This document shows, piece after piece, positions 12,743 to 25,068 of a stretch of DNA of 64,000 nucleotides. Made by a program: the position numbers and the translations under genes. The notes beneath the pieces are model-generated. The model was not told the DNA's origin, did no database searches, and worked only from the letters and a program-made list of their open reading frames with translations. The DNA comes from Emiliania huxleyi CCMP1516 (taxonomy: Eukaryota): contig NW_005201240.1 in NCBI RefSeq assembly GCF_000372725.1, positions 216,250-280,249 of the forward strand, in the 5' to 3' direction. Within the stretch, counting starts at the first letter, position 1, and each line of letters begins with the position of its first letter.

Positions 12743-12812
12743 CAGCGTCGGGCGAGCGCGGGCCGGGGGTCAGCGACCGTTCCGGCTTCCCAGCGCCGCC
12801 GTCATCCGCGGA
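12743..12812 (-). promoter_or_regulatory. SECIS element (type II-like) in the 3' UTR of the DsbA-like selenoprotein
   Basis: Minus strand reads GCGG-AUGAC-GGCGGCGCUGG-GAA-GCCGG...CCGGC-CCGCGCUCGCC-CGAC-GC. It has the AUGA/GA quartet (12805-12802 / 12749-12748), a ~10-bp helix II, unpaired AA and an apical mini-stem, about 60 nt past the stop codon. Confidence 0.78.
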
Positions 12813-12868
12813 GTTTGGGGCGGGTACTGCCACAACTACGAGGCGCACACACTGCCGCTGGCGCCTGC

Positions 12869-14126
<1,258 letters not shown>

Positions 14127-14995
14127 CGCAACAGCTGGCAGGGATTCTTTTTCTTTTGGTTAGTGCCAGTGCGCGCCAGTCCCGTGCCCAGTGTGCGAGG
14201 GAGCTTTATTGTAAAATTCTTTTTCAGGATAAAAGCACTAACATACCGTCAGATCTCTTTAAGACAAAGTTAACACCAATAGATCTGGATGTAGTGCCGG
14301 CTCAGTTCCTTCCTGGAGCCAGGCAGGGGGGGGCCGATTCGCGCTCGCCAACCAAGGACCATTGCTGGCGCCCCTGCCGGCGGGCATTAAAGGGGGGAGG
14401 GGGGGGGGGGGGCAGAGTGGCGAGCGCAGGCAGGCGGGCAGCCCGCCTGTGGGCGAGCAAATCGCTGGCGGACGGGAGGGAGGCAGCCCGCCCAGCAACA
14501 GGCGTCGCTCGAATCGGCGCACGCACCGAGGGCGGGGGGCAGCATTCTGGCTCGCCGCAGTGACGGTTTGGGCTAGGGTTTGGGTGGGTTCGATTTCTGG
14601 GCAACTTGTTGGCGGCAGCGGAAGGATCAATTGCTGTACAAGGGACCGATTCCGTGAGGGCCGGGTATCGATTAGGCCGCGTGTGAGGACCGGATCTATT
14701 GCTGTCTGTTAACCTCGATCCTCGTCTTTCTTAAATAGAGACCCCACGGTATTCCAGTGCCGCTCACTCGGGATGTGTGGCAGCCCAGCTGGGTGAGTGT
14801 CTTGTGAGTTTGTGTGTCTGTGTTGCTCGCACGTGTCGCCGTCTTCTGTCTCGTGTCCACCCATACCGAACAAATTGCTAAAAATCCCCCCCCCCTCCGC
14901 GTTGGTGTCCAGTCCGAGCTAGACTGTTCTTCGCCTTTCTATCTATCTATCTATATTCCTGCCCGTGGCGCGTGGCGTCGCGTTGCGCTCCTTGG

Positions 14996-15570
14996 GCACT
15001 TGGAGCACTTGGAGTGCAGTTGGTAGCCTCACATCCAGGGCCGGGGAGCTAAGAAGCGCACCCAGCGGGCATGTCTTGTGCTTGCTGGTTCCACGTGGAT
15101 AAGGAGGCGAGGCGTAAGTCGCGTCGCTCGCGTTGAAACGCCCCTGGGTTCCTTGCAGTTCCTCCGCGGCCAATCCCACGATGCCTCTGATGCTTGCCCT
15201 CTATGATACCCTGCACGGCAGCGTCTCCTTTCGGCCAGAGATGTTTGCAAAGTGGCTGTGCCGGACGTGTCCAGGAGAGCCCGCCATGGCCGAGGAGCTG
15301 TCGTGGCTGGAGAACTCGCAATGCAGCGAGGAGCACTTGGAGCACTTGGAGTGCAGTCGGCAGCCTCACATCCAGGGCCGGGGAGCTAAGAAGCGCACCC
15401 AGCGAGCCATATATCGGGTTACGGGCTAGAGAGCCCTAGCCCTGGGGGGTGCGCGTTCGCAGGGAAAGCGGCTTAAGAAACCGAAAGGGCCGTAAAGTAA
15501 ACACGGGTCTCCGAGGGTTAGTCCGCGCTTCGGGTTTCCCCTAGCGGCGGGGCGCCCCCTCCACACTCGT
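14996..15570 (-). mobile_element. Dispersed repeat family B (SINE-like): short copy 14996-15070 and long copy 15333-~15570
   Basis: Both begin (plus strand) GCACTTGGAGCACTTGGAGTGCAG...CCTCACATCCAGGGCCGGGGAGCTAAGAAGCGCACCCAGCG. Further copies are at 38089, 38601 and about 60475. Strand is inferred from the common tandem-repeat end. Confidence 0.75.
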
Positions 15571-15909
15571 ACACTCTCACTCGACCTCGCCGCACCGGGC
15601 CCCCCCGGCCAGGACCTCTCTCCCGCTCGGTCCTCTCTCCCGTTCGGCAGCGGGGCAGCAGCGACACCCGGCGCAAGCGCTCGGGGGCACGTCGAGCGTG
15701 ATAGAAGCGAACGAAGGAAGGAGGAGCCCACGGGCGGGCGCCAGAGCAAAACCGAGAAAGAAGGAACTAACTACCTCAGCTCGGTGGAGCGGTAACACAA
15801 CACCGGCACACGGGACCGACGGAAACAAATCTAAGTGCGGGCCACCAAGGAATATGAGAACGTGCCCACAAAGGTCGCAAACTCGCAAGCCCGAAAGGAC
15901 GCACGACGC

Positions 15910-17388
15910 ATGACCTCCGGCACGACGATGGCCACCTCGCAGCGCACCACCCCGCACGCCGACGTCGACGACATCAACGTCGACGTCGAGCAGTCCGCCT
16001 CCGCCGGCAAGCCGGCCAAGAAGCGCACCAACCCGCTCGCGACGATCTCCAACCTCCGCCACATCCTCAGCGTCCACAAGGCGGCGGGAGCCGTGGGCGG
16101 GGCCGTGGGCGGGGCGGTCGACACCGCCGGCGCCGCCTCGCGCGAGACGGCGCTGCTCGCGGGCCGCACGTTGCTGATGCTGCTCAACAACCCGATCACC
16201 GGCCCGGCCACCATGCGCATGCTGCGCGAGGGCCCCGACACCGCCACCGCGCTCCTCGACCTGCTGCTGGTGCCCGTGCTGCCGACGGTGCGCATGCTCG
16301 TGGGCAAACAGCTGATCGAGATGTCCCAGCCTGGCGCGGCCGTCCCCGTCAACAGCGTCATCACCTTCGCCTTTGCGCGCCGCCTCAATGTCGAGCCCGG
16401 CGACCTGCGCGCGGGCAAGGTCGTCCCGGAGCTGAGCCTGCGCCTCTCGCCCCTCGCGGCGGGGCTCGGCGGGATGGTCAAGATGGTCGGACAGAGCGGC
16501 GCCGCCGTCGGCTCCACGGCCGCGTCCGCCGTGCCCGGCAAGAAGACGAAGAAGGCGAAGGCCGACGACGCGCAGGGCTCGGTGGCGGCGCTCAAGGAGC
16601 TGCGCGACGCGGGCATCATCTCGGGGCGAGAGTACGAGCGGAAGAAGGCCAAGGCGCTGGGGACGAACGCGGAGAAGGCGTACGAGGACGGCTTCGCCGC
16701 CGGGCGCGCGGCCGCTCGGGCGGAGCGCGGCCCCTTTGCCGCCTGCCTTCCCAAGGCGCAGACGGCGGCCGAGGCGGCCGAGGCCAAGGCGGCGGCGGAG
16801 GCCAAGGCGGCGGCGGAGGCCAAGGCCAGGGAGGAGTGGCCGGTGGAGTACCGCGACATCAAGGAGCAGATCATCAAGATGACGCCCACGCTCAAGTTCT
16901 CGCTCTCGCTCGGCCAGCTCGACGCCTATGTCGGCGCGACCGGCTGGCTCGGGTCGCTGCTCTCGGGCTCGACGCAGCCGTCCGAGGCGGCGCTCGCGCG
17001 GCTGCGGCTCGAGCGCGTGTCGGTCGAGGCGCGGGTGCGCATCTTCTGGCACCCGCGCGCGCAGAAGGCCAAGGTCGTGATGCTGAGCGAGCCGCCGCCC
17101 AAGGTGGTTGAGCTGTCGCACGAGCTGACAGTCTTGCGGTCGTGCGCGGTGCCGCCCGAGCTCAACCAGCGGCTGCTCGAGCTGGTGCTGCCAAAGCTGG
17201 CGGGCAAGTTCTTCGACATCGACCTGAAGCCGCCCCGCGGCGACGACGCCGCGCCGGACAGCGGCGACGAGGCTGCGGGGAAGGCGGGCAAGAAGAAGAC
17301 GAAGAAGAGCTCCTCCGGGAAGAGGAGCCCGCGGCGGGAGGGGGAGTCCGAGGCCAAGGCGGACGACGAGGCCGCGGACGACGAATGA
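15910..17388 (+). CDS. Intronless hypothetical protein with an internal SHOCT motif
   Basis: Long ORF with strong GC3 bias. LKELRDAGIISGREYERKKAKAL matches the SHOCT pattern. Lys/Glu-rich tail. Confidence 0.75.
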   Translation: MTSGTTMATSQRTTPHADVDDINVDVEQSASAGKPAKKRTNPLATISNLRHILSVHKAAGAVGGAVGGAVDTAGAASRETALLAGRTLLMLLNNPITGPATMRMLREGPDTATALLDLLLVPVLPTVRMLVGKQLIEMSQPGAAVPVNSVITFAFARRLNVEPGDLRAGKVVPELSLRLSPLAAGLGGMVKMVGQSGAAVGSTAASAVPGKKTKKAKADDAQGSVAALKELRDAGIISGREYERKKAKALGTNAEKAYEDGFAAGRAAARAERGPFAACLPKAQTAAEAAEAKAAAEAKAAAEAKAREEWPVEYRDIKEQIIKMTPTLKFSLSLGQLDAYVGATGWLGSLLSGSTQPSEAALARLRLERVSVEARVRIFWHPRAQKAKVVMLSEPPPKVVELSHELTVLRSCAVPPELNQRLLELVLPKLAGKFFDIDLKPPRGDDAAPDSGDEAAGKAGKKKTKKSSSGKRSPRREGESEAKADDEAADDE

Positions 17389-17820
17389 GGCGGGGGCGCA
17401 CCGCCGCGCACCGCTCCTCGCAGTGGCGTCTATTCACGAGTGGCGCTGTGTGTCTCTACAGTTGGCCGAGCCGCTCGCCGACGTCGAGAAGGGACGTGAC
17501 CGTTGTTTCTCACAGCGAGAGGTGTCACCTCACGTTCACCGCATGATCTCACCTGACTGTACGTTGTCTAATAAACTGCATGCAAAATACTAATGTGCAA
17601 GGCGGACCATGCCCTCGACGGTTGCGCGGTGCTAGTCAGTACTCACACACATAAAGAGCACCAGTTTCCGAGTCCGTCGGTCTCCCCCAGCTGTTCCTAT
17701 TCCTTTTTAGTTTTTACCCATCTCAGATGGCATCTCCTAGAGTAGAGGTGTCCGCTTTTGTTTATTTGTTTATCTCCCAGCCACGCGGCTCTGACAGTGC
17801 ACGGCGAGCTGCACGGCCGA

Positions 17821-20800
17821 TCATCTCCTTTGCCCCGGCAGCGGCGACGGCGGCGTCGATGGCGGGGGCGTCGCCTCTTCCTCTATCTCGACCTCCATCC
17901 CCTCCCCAACAGGCCCGAGCGCAACCTCCCCCGCCACCGACCCCACCGCCGTCCCCACGACCGCCGCCGTGGACACCGCCGAGCCCGGCGCCGCCGCCGC
18001 CGCGCCCGCCGCCGTCACTGCCGCCGCCGCGCCCACCGCCGCCGTCGCCTCCATCGCCGCCTCCGCTGATTCCACCGCTTCCGACGCCCCCGCCTCCGCC
18101 GCCGTCGCCGCCTCGCCCGCCTCCGAGACGTGGGACGCGGCGCTCCAAGGCGCGACCGCGAGCGTGGCGAGCGAGTCCCATCCCTCCGCCATGTAGACTC
18201 CCGCCTGTGACAAGGGGGTGGAGGGAGTACAGGGCTGAAAAGCGAGCGGAGAGAGGGGCGGGGCGGGAGGAGAGGGGGGAGGGGGGAGGCGGACGGGCAG
18301 GGGGGGGAGGTGGCGCCAGGAGGAGCGCAAGCAGGCCGAGCTCGTCCACGCCCTCCGCAGCGCTGATGACGTACTCCCTCCACACGCCCAAGCTCCGCCC
18401 GACGCTCCCAACCTCGTTGACCACGGCGACCGTCTCGTCGGAGCCGGCGAGCCGCACGCGCAGCGCCGTCAGCGGCAGCGAGTAGAAAGGCTGCGACGCG
18501 ATCCGCTCGAACGAGAGCGCCCTCAGCACATCGAGTTCGAGCAGGGGCTCCGGCCTGTTCACAGAGCTAGAGGTGTGAAGAGGCGCCGTCCGCACCACGT
18601 CGAGCTCCGGCTTGTTCGTGGGCGTCTGTGAACGAGCGCGCTGAGGAGATGCCGGACCGTGGCTGCGGGCTCACACGTGTCGCAGGCTATCTCTCGGCCT
18701 TCTCTCGGCCATCTCTCGGCCATCTCTCGGCCATCTCTCGGCCATCTCTCGGCCATCTCTTGGCCATCTCTCGGCAATTTCTCGGCCATCTCTCGCACGT
18801 GTCCCCGCCGCCCCACAGCCACCACTTGCGCCTCCAGCGCGAGAGGACGAAGCGGCGCGACTCGCTCCCGCTGCTAGGCTGGATGAGCATGTGCCTGCCA
18901 GCCAGGGACGGCGACTCAATGGTCAAGTCTTGCTCCCGCTGCCCGGCGGGAGGAACAAGTGCCGGTAGAGAGGCGTCCCCAGCTGGCTCGGCGCGACGCG
19001 AGGCGCGGGCGGCCCTCCGTCGTACGAGGGCCCCGGGTGGGACGAGGCGAGCTCCCAAGACGCGCCGGCGCCCGTGCAGCGCAGGCAGCGGAGGACGTAC
19101 GCGAGCCTGCCCGTGTGAACAAGGAAGTGTCTAGGTGTCTAGGAAGTGTCTAGGAGGTGTCTTGAGCGTAGGCAGCGGAGGACGTACGCGAGCCTGCCCG
19201 TGGTCGCCGAGTAGAACGTCACCTCGACATCCGAAGAGGCGGCGAGCGGCGTGAGCGAGAAGAGGAGGTCCATCCACGGCCTCCGCGTGCACAGCGGCGC
19301 CGCCGGCGTGATCGCGTTCGCCTTGGCGATCGATTCGAGCTCCTCCAGGGCTTGCGAGGCCTGTGAGTCTTAATTCAGACGTGTCACACTCCATCATCCA
19401 TGCGCCCGGCTCCTCCCGGGGCTTGCGAGGCCAGGTCGCGCGGCGGCGGAGGAGGAGAGCTCGGCGGGTCGCCCCGCTCGTCCACGCCCTCGTCCAAGCC
19501 CTCGTTCGGCGCCCCTCTCCGCGCGCACGACACCACCGACGCTCCCACGGGGGGGGTCTCGCCGCCGGGGAGGGACCGCTCCTGGTGCAAAAGGAACCAC
19601 TCATTGGGACGGTGCTGCTGTGAATCAGGAGGGGGGCCGGCTCCTCGTAGATGACGAAGCTAGTGATGCCGGCCAGCATCGAACCCACCACCGCGGCGCC
19701 CACCTGCACGTCCAAGCCGAAGCTATCAACTCACTACCTGCTCACTACCTCATAGCCGCCCGCCTGCGCATCTACGAGTGTGACTCTCGCTCCGCGCCTG
19801 CACGTCTATGATGAGCGTCGCGACGCCGTCAGACAGCCCTGCTTGCTTGCGAGTGCCGGAAGACGTGGCGGCCAACTCGGTCGGGTCCGGAAGGGTGCTG
19901 TCGTCGCTCCAGACCTACTCTCTCGAGGAAGGAGCGGCGGTGAACGAATGAGTCGGCTCCCGGGAGCGGGAGCGGTGCTGCTGTCGCTCCAGACCGTATC
20001 CTCGTAGTCCGAGGGCACGTTGGCGAAACGGCCCTCGCCCAGCCTCGCCTCCACCCCCACCTCGTGCAAGAGAGGGCTCTTGTTATGCCGTTGTTATGAC
20101 GGCCATCCTCCTGTTCTTCTTCTTCTACCCCCCACCTCGTGCAGCCTCGCGCGAGAAAGCAGCGCCTTGCGGCGGCGCTCGGCGGCGGGCGGCCCTCGCA
20201 CGAAGAAGAGGAAGGCGGGGTGCTGCGAGAGGAGGAGCGGCACCTGGAGGTGCTCACAGCACGATGGCGTGAAGGGCCGCTGTACACAGTGGCTGCTGCG
20301 GGAGCAGGCGGCGCCTCGACGCGCAGCCCGCCCCACCGCCTCTCTCCCGCGCCTCCCTTGACGGCGAACCGCTCGCCCACCTAATCTCGCTTCATCTCAG
20401 TGAATCTCGATTTATCTCTCGCCCTCGGCGGCGCACCGCTCTCCCACCATGAAGGTTGAGGCGGAGCCCGAGGGCAGCTTGCCGTCGCACAAGAACGACG
20501 GCAGCGCCGCGTCCCAGAAAGGGGTCATCGACCTACAGTCTGAGCTCGGCGCTCGTGCCGTGCCGTCGGAGCATTGCGTGAATGCGAATGCAGCGAGACA
20601 CAGCTGAATGCCACCGTCGCTACATCTGAACGCGCGTGTCCTCTCGGGTGCTCGTCGGAAGACATCGGTGTGGCTCCCGCATCTAGGGGTGGGGAGATAT
20701 GGGGAGATATGGGGAGATATGGGGAGATATGGGGAGATGTGACCTCCGCATCTAGGGCCATCGACTCGACGAACTTGCCCGCGGTGGACTCGAAGGCGGA

Positions 20801-21320
20801 GAGGCCTACAACAAGCAGTCGACCCTTCGTCATTGACGACCAGCCCCCCTTCGGCAGACAAGCAGGCGGAGCAGCCTATGACGAATCGCTGGCCATCAAC
20901 GAGGATCGTTGATAGCAGCCCCTGCCGCAGACTCGAAGGCGGAGACGCCGACGTTGACGCGGACGTCGATGTTCGCCTAATCTCGGGGAATCTCGGGTGA
21001 TCTCGGGTGATCTCGCGTCGACGTTGACGCGGACGTTGATGCTCGCAGTCTCGAATCTGCCCGCACACTCGCCGATGGCCGCCGTGTCGAGCGCGTTCAG
21101 GTCGAGGTAGAGCTGCAAGAAGCCGACGCCCGTGTAGGAGAAGGAGCCGGAGAAGAAGGTCGACGTGAGTGGTCCCACCGTCTTCGAGACGACGAACTCA
21201 CCTGTCCGCACGTGTAGAGCTGTGAAGAGACGCCGCTCACGGCTTGGTCGACCGTCTTCGAGACGAGACGAGAGGAGAGGAGAGGAGACGAGACGAGAGC
21301 AGGGGAGAGGAGAGGAGAGG

Positions 21321-21372
<52 letters not shown>

Positions 21373-22335
21373 CTCGCCGTGGTAGCCGAGAGACAGGCGC
21401 GTGTAGGTCATCTCGACCTCGTCGGGCGGCGACGTATCGAATAGCTGCGTGAGCGGGTCCTGCACCTCCCACCACTCGAGGTTGTCCCAGCACAGGCTCG
21501 CCTGTTCACAGGGTAGAGGGTGTGAACGAGACACCCTGCACAGCACTCCAGGCAGTCGCAGCAGACGGCTCGCCCGGACGTCGAAGTCGTTCCCCACCGA
21601 CGTGAGCGTAATGTTCTTGAAGGTGACGTCCCACGCCGGAGCCGCCACCTCGAAGGCCGTGCTGCTGCCGTCGGACAGGCCCGCCAGCCTCAGCACCTCC
21701 TCCACCCTCTGATTTCCAGGCTTGTGCAAGTCGCTGCGCAGCACGCCGACGGTGGCGCGACCGATCCTCGTCGCGGTCTGGCGCACGTACTGCTCAAACA
21801 GCACCTGGCCGGGGAGTCTCTGTGCCATGCAGTCCGACCGAGATGCAACGCACTCCGCGCCCGCCTCCGCGACGTCAGACGCCGCCCCTGGGTGAGCGTT
21901 GCAGTAGTCGAGGAGCTCCTGCGCCCCTAGCCATGCCGCCGTCCCCGGCCTGCTGGCAGCGGCGGCGGTAGCCTCAGCGGCGGCGGCGGCGCCACTGTCC
22001 GCTGAGGCTGCGAGGGCGGCGTCCACTTCTTGCTGAGCTATCGCCGTGGCCGCGGCCGCCGCCTCGGCTGATGCGGACGCCGCGGAGATGGCAGCCAAGT
22101 CCACTGATGCTGACGCCGCCCGCACCGCTGAAGCAGCCCAGGCCTCCTCTGCAGCCGCCTCTGCCGCTGCAGCCGTCACCGGCCCCATTGCCGCTGATGC
22201 CTCATGATGAAGGCTGCTGTTCGTGATTGGCGTGTGCAGTATCAGAACGTAGACTGCTATGGCTGCAATCGCCGCGGCTGCTAGCCTGAAGGTGCGGCTA
22301 GAACCCGCAGGCCTGGGCTGTGCTTTGGTGCGCAT
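17821..22335 (-). CDS. Large multi-exon hypothetical gene (possibly two genes); N-terminal membrane anchor, C-terminal LURP-one/tubby-like segment
   Basis: ATG at 22335 is followed by the TM segment AAAAIAAIAVYVLIL and an Ala-rich stalk. Many coding-like exons are separated by repeat-filled introns. A late exon EVGSVGRSLGVWREYVISAAEGVDELGLLALLL resembles Tub_2/LURP-one. Stop at 17821. Exon joins are not fully resolved. Confidence 0.45.
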
Positions 22336-22520
22336 GACCGCGGCAAACCTCGATGGCCTGGGGGTGGGGGGATAGCCGAGCGCCGTGCAGCTGGCGCCGT
22401 GTTTCGACGTGTTTCTTTTTCTTTAAAATTCTTTTCTGTTTTAGGTATGTTGTTGGGAAGGTTATTTTCTGTTTTAGAGCCCTTGTTTCTTTTCTCTGTT
22501 GGGTTTTCCCTCTTTTCAGT

Positions 22521-22586
22521 GTATGTAGCTCTTACGTACATTCCCGAGGAGGACTGTGGACTGCTGACGGGGTTTGCGATGAGGAG
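22521..22586 (+). mobile_element. ~60-bp terminal inverted repeat of a DNA transposon family
   Basis: GTATGTRGCTCTTACGTACATTCCCG(G)AGGAGGACTGCTGACRGGGTTTGCGATGAGGAG recurs at 34808-34861(-), 49075-49132(+), 49261-49285(-, partial) and 57151-57210(-). Confidence 0.7.
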
Positions 22587-23099
22587 CGATCCGAACGTGG
22601 TATTCGGGTGATCAGATCACTACCGCCGAAACGCAAGAGCACTGCGACGCATCGGGCTCATGCTAGCATCCACCTCGCGAGCCGACCGTCTGGCTCAGCG
22701 AGGCTGCTGCGGAGCACTCGCGGGCCGACTTTCTGTCTGGCCCAGCGAGGCCGCTGCGGGACACACCGGCGGCTCGGTTCGCTCCTCAACGCAAACCCGG
22801 TCGAGCAAGAAGTCAGGTGTGTGTGTGTGTAGAGGCGGCGCGGGACGGTAAGGGTCGGCGGTAAGGCTGCGCGGCGGCAACAGACGGCAGGCAGGGCATC
22901 GGACGGCGGGACAAACGGCACGCGGGCGCGGCACTGTAGGAGCGGCGGTACGGCGGCACGGCGATAACGGACGGCAGGGGGGGCGGCAGGCTAAACGGCA
23001 AGGGCGGCACGGCACGGAGGAAGGAGCGGCGCGGCAGGGAGGAGCAAGGACGGCGCGGTAACGGAAGGATCACGGATAGGCGTGGCACGGATAGGAGCG

Positions 23100-23480
23100 A
23101 GCGAGCGGCTAGGTGGCGGGAGGGCGAGGCGAGGGTGGCGGCGGGTGGATCACGAGGAGGTAGAAGGTCTGGCGCGAGCGGGTGAGCGAACGGCGAGCGA
23201 GCGGCTAGGCGACGGGAGGGTGAGGCGAGGGGCAAAGGGGTGGCGGGTTGGATCACGAGGAGGTAGAAAGTCGGGCGCGAGCGGGCGAGGGAGCGGCGAG
23301 GCGGCGGGAGGGTGACGGGGCGAGGGGGGGTGGCGGGTTGGATCACGAGGAGGTAGACGGCCGGGCGCGAGCGGGCGGGGTAGCGGCGAGGCGGCGGGAG
23401 GGTGAGGAGGCGAGGGGGGTGGCGGGTTGGATCACGAGGAGGTAGAAAGTCGGGCGCGAGCGGGCGGGGTAGCGGCGAGC
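23100..23480. repeat. ~95-bp purine-rich tandem repeat (4 copies)
   Basis: The core GGATCACGAGGAGGTAGA..G..GGCGCGAGCGGG occurs four times. Confidence 0.85.
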
Positions 23481-24279
23481 CGAGGGCGGGCAGGCGACAG
23501 GCGAGACGACAGGGCGGCGGGCAAGCTGGCGTGGCGGTCGGCGGGAGGCGGCGGATGGTGAAAGGCGAGGGCGATGGCGGGCGGGCGAGAGGCGACAGAG
23601 ACGACGGGGTGGCGGACGAGCTGGCGGCGGGTCGGCGGGCGGAGGCTGGAGGCGGGAGGCGAGGGCGAGGGCGGGCAGTAGGGCGCGAAGTTGAGGCCGC
23701 TTCACCTTCGACGGGAAGGTTGCCCACCTATGGACCGACCAGTGTGAAGGTGAAGACCCCTTACGAGCGGGCGGGCAGGGCGGACGGGCAGGGCGGGCGG
23801 GCGGGAGGGTAGCAGGAGCAGCATCAGCTGCAAACAGCAGCAGCAGCAGCAGCACAGGTTAGGTCAGCCGCGCAGAGGGCAGCGAGGCTGAGGTCAAAGA
23901 GCAGCAGGATGTTGAGGTCACAAAAACGGACGATTTCGAAGTTGCTCGAGACGGCCCGGAGCCTTCATTGGAGTAACATGCGCAAGCACGAGAAGGACTA
24001 TGAGCCCGGCAAGTAGGTTGGTGGGGGCGGTTCACGAACCAGTTCTCGCGAACCCAGTTCGCGAACCGGCGGTTCACCGCCGGTTCGCCAGACTCGGTTC
24101 GTTCACGGTTCACGGTTCGCGGCGGGTGTCGCGGGAGGAGTCGGTTCACGGATCACGGTTCACGGACTCGGGGTGGGGGCTAGTCGGTTCACGGTTCGGG
24201 GTTCACGGACTCGGGGCGGGGGCTACGAGAGTTGCTTCACGGTTCACGGTTCACGATTCCGGCGCGTGAACTGAGAGGG

Positions 24280-25038
24280 GGTGAACCTTCTTTTCTAGAC
24301 CGGAAGGATTGAGAGCAGCCTCGCTCTCAATCCTAGAAGTCGAAGGATTGTGAGCAGCACTCCTCGCAATCGTAGCATCTCTGTGCGATTGCGAGCGCCG
24401 GCGCTCGCAATCCTACATCTTCTAGGACTAAGAGCAGCTCCGCTCCCAAGGTGACTGGTGACGCCTACGACTACTACCAGCGCGCTCGCAATCCGAGCAA
24501 AGTCTAGGATTGCGAGCAGCACTGCTCACAATCCGAGCATCATGCCTCCGATTGCGAGCAGTAGCGCTCGCAATCCTACATCTTGTAGGACTATGAGCGG
24601 CGGCGCTCACAATCGTACCCAAAATCTGAGGATTGCGAGCGGGTTCCTCGCAATCGGTGCATGTTGCTAGGATTACGAGCGCAGATCTCTGGATCTTCGG
24701 TACGATTGTGAGCGCCGCCGCTCATAGTCCTACAAGATGTAGGATTGTGAGCAGCACTGCTCGCAATCGGAGGCATGTTGCTAGGATTGTGAGCAGTGCT
24801 GCTCGCAATCCTAGACTTTGCTAGGATTGCGAGCGCTCTGGCAGTAGTCGTAGGCGTCACCAGTCACCTTGGGAGCAGAGCTGCTCTTAGTCCTAGAAGA
24901 TGTAGGATTGCGAGCGCCGGCGCTCGCAATCGCACAGAGATGCTACGATTGCGAGGAGTGCTGCTCACAATCCTTCGACTTCTAGGATTGAGAGCGAGGC
25001 TGCTCTCAATCCTTCCGGTCTAGAAAAGAAGGTTCACC
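24280..25038. mobile_element. 759-bp foldback (palindromic) non-autonomous DNA transposon with 9-bp TSD
   Basis: Ends are GGTGAACCTTCTTTTCTAGACCGGAAGGATTG and CAATCCTTCCGGTCTAGAAAAGAAGGTTCACC. The arms are complementary for about 340 bp. CTGAGAGGG is duplicated at 24271-24279 and 25039-25047. Confidence 0.93.
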
Positions 25039-25068
25039 CTGAGAGGGCTGCGCATCCACTAGGAGTCC

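Noticed and set aside
15577..17121. Long antisense ORFs (also 25535-26932, 34871-35986, 49659-50981, 31741-32895)
   Set aside because: These are shadows of real genes on the opposite strand in very GC-rich DNA; the translations are Arg/Ala/Gly-rich without motifs.
23692..23694. In-frame TGA in a short S-*-G-R-F-T-F-D reading
   Set aside because: No supportable gene model, homology or SECIS.
22813..23727. 304-aa Pro/Arg-rich ORF
   Set aside because: It derives from the ~95-bp tandem repeat, starts at a non-ATG codon, and shows no domain.
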